DNA from: an uncultured Candidatus Nemicrothrix sp.
Lineage (GTDB): Bacteria > Actinomycetota > Acidimicrobiia > Acidimicrobiales > Aldehydirespiratoraceae
Length of the DNA: 64,000 bases
Reading direction: 5' to 3'
NCBI GenBank assembly: GCA_964344055.1
Contig: CAYFLT010000014.1
Location: 2,632-66,631 of the forward strand
Shown one piece after another: positions 1-7,881 of the stretch. Position 1 is the stretch's first letter. Each line of letters begins with the position of its first letter. Made by a program: the position numbers and the translations under genes. A model generated the notes under the pieces. It had not been told where the DNA came from, made no database searches, and saw only the letters and a list, made by a program, of their open reading frames with translations.

Positions 1-149
1 CCGAGGAGGGTCTCCTGCTCGGCCAGCGGGTCGGCCAGCGGTCCGAGGTCACCCGATCCCGCCGCGACGGCGACCCGGTGATGACCGTCATCGCCACCCC
101 TGCCGCCGACGACTCCGCCGTCGACGCCTGGATCACCGACCTGACCTGA
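1..149 (+). CDS. 3' fragment of an unidentified CDS (runs off window start)
   Basis: Frame 3 is open from the window edge with GC-rich third positions. It ends ...SAVDAWITDLT + TGA at 147-149. No recognisable family motif. Confidence 0.3.
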   Translation, partial: EEGLLLGQRVGQRSEVTRSRRDGDPVMTVIATPAADDSAVDAWITDLT

Positions 150-161
150 AACCCCCTTTCG

Positions 162-273
162 CGTTCTGGGTGGGTGAGGTGTCGCTTTCCAGCAGTTGGC
201 CCACCCAGAACGGAAGGCAGTTCGTTCTGGGTGGGTGGGGTGTCGTTTTTCAGCAGTTGGCCCACCCAGAACG
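162..273. repeat. Tandem pair (162-212 and 223-273, 61-nt period) of a 51-nt palindromic element CGTTCTGGGTGGG-N25-CCCACCCAGAACG; likely bidirectional terminator hairpins
   Basis: Both copies have 13-bp perfect inverted termini and differ at only 3 loop positions. The pair lies between convergent stops at 149 (+) and 291 (-). Confidence 0.8.
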
Positions 274-290
274 GTGGTGCGAGGGGGGGA

Positions 291-968
291 TCAGCCGGCG
301 GCGAAGGCGTCGCTGACGTCGCCGGCCACGAACAGGGCTTGGATCTCGCGCTGGTAGACGAAGATCGGGAAGAGCCCGCCGGGGCCGGTCACGTGGCTGG
401 TGATGGTGTGGTCGCCCTTGGTGACGGGCACCAGATGGGTCACGACGAAGGTGATGTCGTAGTCCTGCACCACCCCGCCGAACTCGATCGTCTCGATGCG
501 CTTGTCGAGGGTGGACGGCTGAACGCCGTCGAGCTCGATCCAACCCTCGACGAACTGATTGCCCGTGCCGGTGGCGGTGTCGTCCTCCCCCATCACCGTG
601 GTGGCGGTCACGAGGAGGTATCCGTCCGCCGGGGCGTCGACCTGCAGTGAATGAGTCCGCTCGAGCCCGTTCCCGTTGTCGATCGGGGTCTTGTCCACCG
701 CTTGGGCGGCGGCGGGAGCGAGGTTGTCGTGGTAGCGCTTCGCGAACGTGACGTTCTGGGCGCGGGTCACACCGTCGTCGGGTCCGAATCGGCCGTCTCC
801 GTACCCGGAGGTGATGCCGTTGTCGTTCGCCCATGTGACCGCGTCGGTGTAGAAGGCATTGTCGGGGACGTCGTCGAAGACATGCGTGGCGAGCACGGTG
901 GCCGGAGAGATCAACGCGACGACGAGTACGAAGATCGCGAGTCGGAATCGGGTGATGGTGAAGGTCAT
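291..968 (-). CDS. Secreted protein with N-terminal S-layer-homology (SLH)-like domain
   Basis: Signal peptide MTFTITRFRLAIFVLVVALISPATVLA. SLH-like motif FDDVPDNAFYTDAVTWANDNGITSGYGDGRFGPDDGVTRAQ. ATG at 968 preferred over TTG at 989. Confidence 0.7.
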   Translation of the reverse strand: MTFTITRFRLAIFVLVVALISPATVLATHVFDDVPDNAFYTDAVTWANDNGITSGYGDGRFGPDDGVTRAQNVTFAKRYHDNLAPAAAQAVDKTPIDNGNGLERTHSLQVDAPADGYLLVTATTVMGEDDTATGTGNQFVEGWIELDGVQPSTLDKRIETIEFGGVVQDYDITFVVTHLVPVTKGDHTITSHVTGPGGLFPIFVYQREIQALFVAGDVSDAFAAG

Positions 969-1074
969 GGCACCGCCTGGGTCGAGCAACGTCGGCGACC
1001 CTAGAACGAGTGGGTGAGCGTCGCCCAGCCCGATTTCCTACACTGAGAGTGGTTCCGTCTCGGGGGAGGGATTC

Positions 1075-2175
1075 GTGGAACGTCGCGCCACTATCACCGG
1101 CTGGGGGAAGTGTGTCCCGCCGGTGAAGTTGACCAACGCCGATCTCGAGCAGCTCGTCGACACCAGCAACGACTGGATCATGGACCGGACCGGGATCAGT
1201 GAGCGGGGGATCTCCCACGTGGAGGTCACCGATCTCGCCGAGGTCGCGGCCGAACAGGCGCTGGCAGCGGCCGGTCTCGAGGCCGGTGACATCGACCTGC
1301 TCGTGGCGGCCACGGTCACGCCGGAGATCACCTGCCCCAGCAACGCCTGCTACCTCCAGGAACGAATCGGCGCATCGAACTCCGCGGCGTTCGATCTGAA
1401 CGCGGCGTGTTCGGGTTGGGTCTACGGCACCGCCACGGTGACGTCGATGATCGAGTCGGGTATCGCCGAGCGGGTGCTCCTCGTCGGCGCCGAGAAGCTC
1501 CACTACGTGATGGACTACTACGACCGGGGCCACTGCATCCTGTTCGGTGACGGGGCCGGGGCCGCGGTGTTCGAGGCGTCGACTGCGGGCGACGGCATCC
1601 TGAGCCATGACCTGGGGGCGGATGGCGTGTCCGGTCGCACGATGGTGTTCCCCACGCTCGGAACCCGCGGGGAGATGCTGCGCCCGCGTGATCCGGCCGT
1701 CGATCGGCTCCATTTCGAGGGCCAGGCGGTGTTCAAGCTCGCAGTGAAGGGCATGGCCGCGTCCGTGACCCGGGCGCTGGAGCGGGCCGGGATGGGAGTC
1801 GACGACGTCGATCTCGTCATCCCGCATCAGGCCAACGAACGCATCATCGATGCGGCCATCCGGCGGCTGAAGGTGCCGGCGGAGAAGGTCATGGTGAACA
1901 TCGGCACGCACGGGAACACCGCCGCGGCATCGATCCCGATGGCGCTCTCGGACGCGCTCGACGAGGGACGGATCCAGCCCGGGTCCATCGTTGTGCAGAC
2001 CGCATTCGGTGGCGGCGTCACCTGGGGGTCGACCGTCATGCGCTGGGGCGATCGCGTGGATCCCCTCGGGCACTCCGACCTCGAGCTGCCACCTTGTGAC
2101 AAGTCGGTGTTCGACCTGCTCGCCGACAACCGGGCGTTCTTCGCCCCGTACCACGGCATCCCAGTCGACAACTGA
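1075..2175 (+). CDS. fabH: 3-oxoacyl-ACP synthase III (FabH/KAS III family) with ~40-aa C-terminal tail
   Basis: Catalytic contexts NAACSGW (Cys), IPHQANERI (His) and GNTAAASIP (Asn). GTG start. Extra tail after ...GGGVTWGSTVMRW keeps high GC3. Confidence 0.9.
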   Translation: MERRATITGWGKCVPPVKLTNADLEQLVDTSNDWIMDRTGISERGISHVEVTDLAEVAAEQALAAAGLEAGDIDLLVAATVTPEITCPSNACYLQERIGASNSAAFDLNAACSGWVYGTATVTSMIESGIAERVLLVGAEKLHYVMDYYDRGHCILFGDGAGAAVFEASTAGDGILSHDLGADGVSGRTMVFPTLGTRGEMLRPRDPAVDRLHFEGQAVFKLAVKGMAASVTRALERAGMGVDDVDLVIPHQANERIIDAAIRRLKVPAEKVMVNIGTHGNTAAASIPMALSDALDEGRIQPGSIVVQTAFGGGVTWGSTVMRWGDRVDPLGHSDLELPPCDKSVFDLLADNRAFFAPYHGIPVDN

Positions 2176-2291
2176 CCCGGATCGAGCGGGTCGGCTGGGC
2201 CGAACGGCCCAGGACCACCGGGACCAACTGCCCATCGCGAAACATCGAGAGGGGCCGATCCTGACCGCACCCAGGCGGGCGGAAGGATCCC

Positions 2292-2981
2292 ATGGCCATT
2301 CGAGTGTTCCTCTTGGATGATCACGAGCTCGTGCGCGAGGGCCTGCGTGCCGTTCTCGAGCGGGAGGCCGACATCGAGGTCTGTGGTGAAGCTGCCACCG
2401 CCACCGAGGGGCTCGCTGGAATCGAGGCCACCCGTCCCGACGTGGCGCTGATCGACCTCCTTCTCCCTGATGGGGATGGTCTCGACGTCTGCCGTGGCAT
2501 CTCCGAGCGTTTCCCCGACGTGGCCTGCCTGATCTTGACGTCCTATTCGAATGACGACGTACTGCTCTCCGCGATCCGGGCCAACGCCTCGGGATTCCTG
2601 CTGAAGCGAACGGCCGGGAGCGAGCTGGTGCGCTGCGTGCGGATCGTGGCCGACGGAGGCTCGCTGATCGATCCGGCCCTGACCGGGCGACTGCTCGACC
2701 GGCTTCGCAGCGGAGGGATCGAACAGGGGCATGAGACCGCGCTCGGCAGCTTGAGCCCCCAGGAGCGCCGGCTCCTCGACCATCTGGCGGAAGGGCTGAG
2801 CAATCGCCAGATCGCGGAACGGATGGGTCTCGCCGAGAAGACGGTCAAGAACTATGTCTCGAACCTGCTTCGAAAGCTCAAGATGAGCAGCCGGACCGAG
2901 GTGGCGGTCTACGTCACCAATCTCCGCGCCAGCCAGCAGCGCGAGGATCGCCTTGAGGATGACACCGGACCCATGGGCTGA
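2292..2981 (+). CDS. NarL/FixJ (LuxR-type HTH) response regulator, no adjacent kinase
   Basis: Receiver domain IRVFLLDDHELVREGL ... ALIDLLLPDGDG. C-terminal LuxR HTH LSPQERRLLDHLAEGLSNRQIAERMGLAEKTVKNYVSNLLRKL. Confidence 0.9.
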   Translation: MAIRVFLLDDHELVREGLRAVLEREADIEVCGEAATATEGLAGIEATRPDVALIDLLLPDGDGLDVCRGISERFPDVACLILTSYSNDDVLLSAIRANASGFLLKRTAGSELVRCVRIVADGGSLIDPALTGRLLDRLRSGGIEQGHETALGSLSPQERRLLDHLAEGLSNRQIAERMGLAEKTVKNYVSNLLRKLKMSSRTEVAVYVTNLRASQQREDRLEDDTGPMG

Positions 2982-3033
2982 GGCGCCCGAGGACATGGTC
3001 GGGCCGCGAATCGACCTCGGGTAACTTCGTCGC

Positions 3034-4167
3034 GTGAACAGCGGCGGTGAGAAGCTGAACGAACTCGAGCGAGTGGTCCGCGACCTCCTCAGACCGGAGG
3101 GAGCGAAAGACCCCGAAGCCGTCGTGCGGGCCTGGGAAGGGCCTGACGCGGAGGCCCTGCGGGTAGCAGTAGACGAGCACCGACTGGAAGCGGCGCTGAT
3201 CGACGCGCTCGAACGGGCCGGAGCATCCGTCGATCCCGCCCTGGCCGAGCGGGCCGCGGATGACCGGGTCGTCCGCCTCCTCGCCGGACGGGTGCTCAAC
3301 GACGCAGCAGCCGTGTTCGACGGCGCCGGGATCCGATGGGCCGTGTTCAAGGGGCCGGTCGCGGCCGGTCTCATGCCTCGACCCCATCTTCGCACGTTCA
3401 ACGACCTCGACCTCCTGGTCGAACCGGCGAGGTTCGGTGACGCGATCGATGCGCTGGTCGAGGCGGGGGCGGAGGAGCAGAACCAGAACTGGAGCGCCTA
3501 CCATCGGCATCGCGTCGGTGAGGTGCCGATGGCGATGCGCGACATCACCGTCGATCTCCACTGGCACCTCGTCGGTCTCGGCCGGGACCGCGACACCATG
3601 GCCGTCGACGTCGGAGCGATCCTCGACCGGCTTCGACTGAGAGAGGTGGACGGTCGGGAGCGGCCGATCTTCGCGGCCGAGGATCTGGTCGTCTACCTCG
3701 CGCTCCATGCCGCCCTCGGCGGCGCCACCCGGCTGGACCAGCTGCGGGACCTCGCGGTCGCCATCTCGGCGGACCCGTTGGACTGGGGCGTGGCCGCCGA
3801 ACGAGCGGAGGCGTGGCAGGTGACGCGGCTGGTGGCGCATGCGCTCGATCGGGCGGCCATCCTTCTCGGCGCGCACGTTCCCCCTCCGGTACTCGAACGG
3901 CTCGGGGGGAGAGGGCTCGAACGGCGGCGACGGCTCGACGAGGGTCGGTCCCTCGAGCTTCGGTCGTTCCCGGTCGCCTCGCGCCGGGACCGGCCACGAC
4001 AGGCGGCGAAGGTCCTTTTTCGCCGAGGGTTCCAGCGGGTGTGGTTCCCCGGCCGACAGGGGTGGGACTTCACCGACGAGCGTGGCCGGCTGTACCACGC
4101 CAGGTACGGAGGCGGAGACTCCGCTCGCCGCGAGTTCCTCGAGGCGGTCGCGGCAGGGATGCGCTGA
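3034..4167 (+). CDS. Nucleotidyltransferase family protein (uncharacterised NTP_transf_5 type)
   Basis: Motifs FNDLDLLVEPARFGDAIDALVEAG and DITVDLHWHL are typical of this family. GTG start. The antisense ORFs overlapping it are R/G/P-rich junk. Confidence 0.75.
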   Translation: MNSGGEKLNELERVVRDLLRPEGAKDPEAVVRAWEGPDAEALRVAVDEHRLEAALIDALERAGASVDPALAERAADDRVVRLLAGRVLNDAAAVFDGAGIRWAVFKGPVAAGLMPRPHLRTFNDLDLLVEPARFGDAIDALVEAGAEEQNQNWSAYHRHRVGEVPMAMRDITVDLHWHLVGLGRDRDTMAVDVGAILDRLRLREVDGRERPIFAAEDLVVYLALHAALGGATRLDQLRDLAVAISADPLDWGVAAERAEAWQVTRLVAHALDRAAILLGAHVPPPVLERLGGRGLERRRRLDEGRSLELRSFPVASRRDRPRQAAKVLFRRGFQRVWFPGRQGWDFTDERGRLYHARYGGGDSARREFLEAVAAGMR

Positions 4168-4193
4168 CCTACTGGTCCGAGCCCGGACGCGAA

Positions 4194-4220
4194 TCGAGGG
4201 GCGGCGGAGCCGCCCCTCGA
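4194..4220. terminator. Bidirectional stem-loop TCGAGGGGCGGC-GGA-GCCGCCCCTCGA between convergent genes
   Basis: Perfect 12-bp stem with a 3-nt loop, read directly. Lies between the stop at 4167 (+) and the stop at 4248 (-). Confidence 0.7.
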
Positions 4221-4247
4221 TCGTTCAGATCTGTCAATCTCGCCGGA

Positions 4248-4352
4248 TCAGGTGTCCTGAAGAATCACGCGACGGCTGCCGCGAGGACGGTGATTGCCGA
4301 GGCTGCCCTCGAGCTCGAGCTTGCTCTCGATCGCCGGCTTTTCGTACTGCAT
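4248..4352 (-). CDS. Small ORF, 34 aa (MQYEKPAIESKLELEGSLGNHRPRGSRRVILQDT); candidate RiPP precursor peptide
   Basis: Hand-translated; below the 60-aa cutoff of the ORF track. AGGAGG sits 6 nt upstream of the ATG. YEKP(A)I resembles the YxxP leader motif bound by PqqD-like RRE domains. Followed by the hairpin at 4194-4220 and preceded by a 140-nt lower-GC region. Confidence 0.55.
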   Translation of the reverse strand: MQYEKPAIESKLELEGSLGNHRPRGSRRVILQDT

Positions 4353-4428
4353 GTTCGCCCTCCTGGGGGGATCCGTTGTCGGATCACAGAGATACCACTC
4401 AGAGTGGGATCGATGGAAGCGCGTTGGG

Positions 4429-4453
4429 CTGAAATTGATGTTTCAGTCTGAAA
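4429..4453. promoter_or_regulatory. Possible operator: CTGAAA-N6-TTTCAG-N1-CTGAAA half-site array upstream of the small ORF
   Basis: Palindromic hexamers read directly in the AT-richer spacer, 77-101 nt upstream of the ATG at 4352 on the minus strand. No known binder assigned. Confidence 0.25.
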
Positions 4454-4492
4454 ACGGGCAGTTTGACTCAGATTCCCCCAACGATTGGCGTA

Positions 4493-4888
4493 TCACGTTC
4501 CGTGGTCAGGCCGTGGGGTGCGTCGCCGGAGGCCGATCCGGCGCGCGACCGCTCTCGTCGTGAACGCCAGACGAGCCCATCGACGATCCATCCTCCCGAA
4601 GCGGCGGAGCCGACCCGAGGGGGCTCGGACCGACGCAACACGGCCGATGAGGCGAGTTCTCGGCACCGGTTCGTCGTCGACCAGATTCCCCGTCCCGCGC
4701 CCGGTCACCAGATCGGCGGCGACATGGCGAATCCGGTGGACGAGGACCCGTTCGTGATCGTCGACGAAGGCCCAGATCTCGCCGGGACGGGGCGCATCGC
4801 CATCGACGATCCGAGCCGTCGAACCCGACTCGATCACCCCTCGCATGCTGGTCCCGGTCACCGGCACGTCGATCGGCTCTTGCGTCAC
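4493..4888 (-). CDS. S24/S26 (SipW-like) signal-peptidase-family serine peptidase
   Basis: VTGTSMRGVIESGSTARIV (Ser-Met nucleophile motif), GEIWAFV, LVHRIRH and TGRGTGNLVDDEPV (resembles TKGDANxxxD). GTG at 4888 chosen because ATG at 5074 would overlap the divergent kinase gene. Start uncertain. Confidence 0.6.
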   Translation of the reverse strand: MTQEPIDVPVTGTSMRGVIESGSTARIVDGDAPRPGEIWAFVDDHERVLVHRIRHVAADLVTGRGTGNLVDDEPVPRTRLIGRVASVRAPSGRLRRFGRMDRRWARLAFTTRAVARRIGLRRRTPRPDHGT

Positions 4889-5006
4889 CCGCGTCCGCAG
4901 CAGCTTGGCGGTGGTGTCGGGGTCGGTCGTGCTCACCGGGCTCGACCGTAACCGAGGCGAGGTCCTCCAGCGGTGCTCCTGCGTCGGCTTTGATTGCGTC
5001 GTGGCG

Positions 5007-5927
5007 ATGTCGGATCCGGAGTCGTGGACCCTCGATTGTGGAGGGATCGGTGTTGCGGTCGAGGCTGCCGACACCGAGTTCGGCGCGACCGTTCACCACC
5101 GCCTCGGTGTCGCTCCGATCGAGCGTGAGCCCGAGATCTTCCTCCAGGCCGGCCCGGACGTGCCGGCGCCACCCGACGGTCTCGATCCTCAGGCGCTGGA
5201 GGACTACCTCGGTTGGGACCGGAACGGCGAGGTCTGGATCACCGATGACGACATGGCCGTCCACGTGTCCGGCGGCCGGGTGGTGGTCGGTGGCCGGGTC
5301 GGCGGGGTCGAGGAGGAGGACCGGTTCGATGACCTCCTCCAGTTCGGTGTGGCAGTGGCGGCGGCGACTCCGACTCGACTGATGTTGCACGCCGCGGTGA
5401 TCTCCCGAGGCGACGGGGCGCTGCTCCTCGTCGGCGGCTCGGGTGCGGGCAAGTCGACGCTTGCCGGAGCCGCCCTCGTCGGGGGTTGGACCCTGCTCGG
5501 TGACGACCTCACCGTCGTCGACACGTCTGCGGGAACGGTGCGCGCCGTGCGACGGCCACCGCTCGTGCCTCGGGAGATCGCCGAGCCGCACGGTCTCGAA
5601 GGGACCCCGGAGGACGCTCCTCGTGGACGCACCCAACTCCCGATCGAAGTCCTCGGAACCGGATCACGGCACCTGGTGGGAATCGTCAGTGTCGACCACG
5701 GCACCGCGGGCGCAGTCGGCCGACGGCCGGCGAGGGATCTCGACGTCCTCGACGACGCACTGGCCGTCCCGCCGTTTAGCGGCGTGATCCGCCGTCACCT
5801 GGCGGCGGGCGCCTGGCTCCTCCAGGTGCCCGCGGTGCTGCTCGAACACGCGGTGGACCCGACTCGCCGGGTGCCCCGTGCCATCGAACTGTTGGACGAG
5901 GCCTGGGACCTCTTCGACGCGGGGTGA
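5007..5927 (+). CDS. HPr-kinase-related (HprK C-terminal-like) P-loop kinase
   Basis: LHAAVISRGDGALLLVGGSGAGKSTLAGAALVGGWTLLGDDLTVV matches the HprK C-domain Walker-A region. ATG at 5007 (MSDPESW...) taken as start. Confidence 0.7.
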   Translation: MSDPESWTLDCGGIGVAVEAADTEFGATVHHRLGVAPIEREPEIFLQAGPDVPAPPDGLDPQALEDYLGWDRNGEVWITDDDMAVHVSGGRVVVGGRVGGVEEEDRFDDLLQFGVAVAAATPTRLMLHAAVISRGDGALLLVGGSGAGKSTLAGAALVGGWTLLGDDLTVVDTSAGTVRAVRRPPLVPREIAEPHGLEGTPEDAPRGRTQLPIEVLGTGSRHLVGIVSVDHGTAGAVGRRPARDLDVLDDALAVPPFSGVIRRHLAAGAWLLQVPAVLLEHAVDPTRRVPRAIELLDEAWDLFDAG

Positions 5928-5930
5928 CCG

Positions 5931-6743
5931 TCAGTAGGTGCCCAGCGTTCCGGCCCGTCGTGCGACGGTGACGGCGCGACGAAAGAGCGAGGCACTGGCC
6001 GGTAGGGCCACGACGACGAAGACGAGGAGGAGCGCGATCTCGTCGAGCGCGTCACCGAGGCCGGCATCGGCCTGGGCCAGTGATCGGACGGCCCGGACGC
6101 CGTGCGTCGCCGGGAGGAACTGGGCGACCCCCTCCATCCAGCCGGGCAGTACCGAGAGTGGGTAGAGCGCGCCCGACAACAGCAGGGTGATCTTCTCGGC
6201 TGGGCCGCTGAACGGGTCGCCCCGCTTCACCAGCACGATGAAGGCGGCGGAGAGGATCCCGAAGGGCATGAACGAGGCCGTGGTGAGCAACAGGACCGGA
6301 GTGGCCGCCAGCAGTCCGCTCACGGCGATCCCCGAACCGAAGAAGCCGAGACCGACCGCCACCAGGATGACGGTTTCCACGATGACGAACCCGAGGGGTA
6401 CGACATGGCTGGCCGCGACCAGGGTCCACGTCGGCGTCGGCGTCGTGAGGATCGCTTCGAGCGTCCCTTCGTTCTGCTCCTCGGAGATCTGACCCGCGAA
6501 CGAGGCGAGTCCGACGATCGCGAAGTTCGTGACGATCGCACCCACGAGCACGAACTCGAAGTAGCCGCCACTGAGATCGGCGATCGCGTCGGGATCGCCG
6601 ACGAACTCCCCGATGAAGTAGAAGCTCACCGCGAAGTAGCCGACGTGGACGAGGCGCATCACCAGGTCGACGCGGTAGGAGGTCAGCGTGATGAGCTCCT
6701 TGCGGACCACCGCCCTCACCCGGTTGGCGTTTCCCTGCCTCAT
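5931..6743 (-). CDS. ABC-2 type transporter permease
   Basis: About 6 hydrophobic spans. Overlaps the upstream ATPase gene by 4 nt (ATGA-type coupling). Confidence 0.8.
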   Translation of the reverse strand: MRQGNANRVRAVVRKELITLTSYRVDLVMRLVHVGYFAVSFYFIGEFVGDPDAIADLSGGYFEFVLVGAIVTNFAIVGLASFAGQISEEQNEGTLEAILTTPTPTWTLVAASHVVPLGFVIVETVILVAVGLGFFGSGIAVSGLLAATPVLLLTTASFMPFGILSAAFIVLVKRGDPFSGPAEKITLLLSGALYPLSVLPGWMEGVAQFLPATHGVRAVRSLAQADAGLGDALDEIALLLVFVVVALPASASLFRRAVTVARRAGTLGTY

Positions 6744-7522
6744 GCGGGGTCCGAGCCAGTGCTCTCATCCGCCACGAGGGTCTCGAGGCGGGTGCCGAGT
6801 CCGGTGGGGTCGCCCGCGATCTCGCCGGCGTCGCCCTCCCAGACGATACGGCCAGCGACGAGCGCAACCACCCGGTCACAGGCCAGGACGACCTCGTCCA
6901 GGCGATGGTTCGCCATCAACACCGCACGGCCGTCCTCCGCGAGGGCACGGAGTTGGTCGCAGACCTGGCGGCCGGCGAGCGGATCGAGGCTTCGCGTGGG
7001 TTCGTCGAACACGAGGAGCCCGGGGTCGTGCAACATCGCCCTCGCGATGCCGAGCTGGGCGAGCATCCCCGATGAGTAGCCGAACACGGCCTTGTCCCGG
7101 TGTGCGAGGTCGCGCTCGAGCATCGAGCGATCGACCCGCTCCCGGATGGTCGCCCGGTCGAGCCCGGCGAGGGCACCGAAGTACTCCAGGTTCTGTCGGC
7201 CCGTGAGCCTCCAGTGGAATGACCGTTCCTCGGGGAGCGACAGTCCGAAGCGGGTGGTCACCATGGGGTCGTCGGGCACGACGGGATGGCCGTCGATGGT
7301 GATCGATCCCTCGGTCGGGGCGAGCAGGGTGGTGATGGAGCGGATGAGTGTCGACTTGCCGGCCCCGTTGGGGCCGATCAGGCCCACCACTTCGCCTGCG
7401 TTCACTCGGAGGTTCACACCCTCGAGCGCTCGCACCGGCTCATCGGTGGCGGCTCGCACCAGATGACGCATCAACCCTCTCGGGGGGAGGTACGTCATGC
7501 CGACGCCGGCGACCTCGAGCAT
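6740..7522 (-). CDS. ABC transporter ATP-binding protein (DrrA-like exporter class)
   Basis: Walker A GPNGAGKST, signature-like YSSGMLAQ, Walker B LLVFDEPT. Confidence 0.9.
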   Translation of the reverse strand: MLEVAGVGMTYLPPRGLMRHLVRAATDEPVRALEGVNLRVNAGEVVGLIGPNGAGKSTLIRSITTLLAPTEGSITIDGHPVVPDDPMVTTRFGLSLPEERSFHWRLTGRQNLEYFGALAGLDRATIRERVDRSMLERDLAHRDKAVFGYSSGMLAQLGIARAMLHDPGLLVFDEPTRSLDPLAGRQVCDQLRALAEDGRAVLMANHRLDEVVLACDRVVALVAGRIVWEGDAGEIAGDPTGLGTRLETLVADESTGSDPA

Positions 7523-7524
7523 CG

Positions 7525-7788
7525 TCAGTCGGCGGTGACGAGGGCGGCGTCCGCGAGAGACGCCACGAATTCGGCGATGTCGGCCTCGAGCTCCGACTCC
7601 GACACCCCCTCGAAGCGTTCGGAGAGGTCACGCGCGAGCGCGGCGACATCGCGTTCGCCGTCCAGTTCGTGCCAAATGACGGTGCCCACCGCGTTCAGGG
7701 TCGTGATGACGGAGCCATCGGCGTCGAGGATGACGACACTGTCGCCACTCGGCTCGAAGGTCACGCCCTCGGCGCGTCGGATTCCCAT
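7525..7788 (-). CDS. PqqD-family protein (RiPP recognition element-like)
   Basis: GVTFEPSGDSVVILDADGSVITTLNAVGTVIWHELDGERDVAALARDLSERF... is typical PqqD. GAGGAG sits 6 nt upstream of the ATG at 7788; the ATG at 7854 gives an implausible G/A/R-rich extension. Confidence 0.8.
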   Translation of the reverse strand: MGIRRAEGVTFEPSGDSVVILDADGSVITTLNAVGTVIWHELDGERDVAALARDLSERFEGVSESELEADIAEFVASLADAALVTAD

Positions 7789-7881
7789 GTTCTTCTCCTC
7801 GGCTCGCGTCGCCGCGGGGCCGCGCCCCTTCGGCGCGCCCGACTGACTGCCCATCGGCCGATGTCGCCGGGATGAGAGGAA

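Noticed and set aside
162-273. CRISPR array (also considered for 62601-62680)
   Set aside because: There are only two repeat copies, each an internal palindrome. There are no unique spacers of CRISPR size and no cas genes.
250-2235. 661-aa minus-strand ORF overlapping the SLH gene and fabH
   Set aside because: The composition is R/G/P/H-rich and low-complexity. It lies antisense to genes with clear family motifs. This is a typical high-GC shadow ORF.
4248-4352. Interpreting the 34-aa peptide as a lasso-peptide precursor
   Set aside because: No Asp or Glu occurs 7-9 residues after any plausible Gly/Ser/Ala core start, and no lasso cyclase or B2 protease gene is present in the neighbourhood. 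Only the RRE-type leader motif is shared.
4294-4563. 89-aa plus-strand track ORF in the spacer around the small peptide gene
   Set aside because: It has no RBS and odd composition. It overlaps the better-supported minus-strand 34-aa ORF and the end of the peptidase gene.
4889-5074. Longer N-terminus (ATG at 5074) for the S24/S26-like peptidase
   Set aside because: It would overlap the divergently transcribed kinase gene by 67 nt. It would also add a low-complexity S/T/P-rich extension. The GTG at 4888 is preferred but unproven.
7789-7854. N-terminal extension MGSQSGAPKGRGPAATRAEEKN of the PqqD-like protein
   Set aside because: The internal ATG at 7788 has a GAGGAG RBS, and the extension is G/A/R-rich and unlike PqqD proteins.
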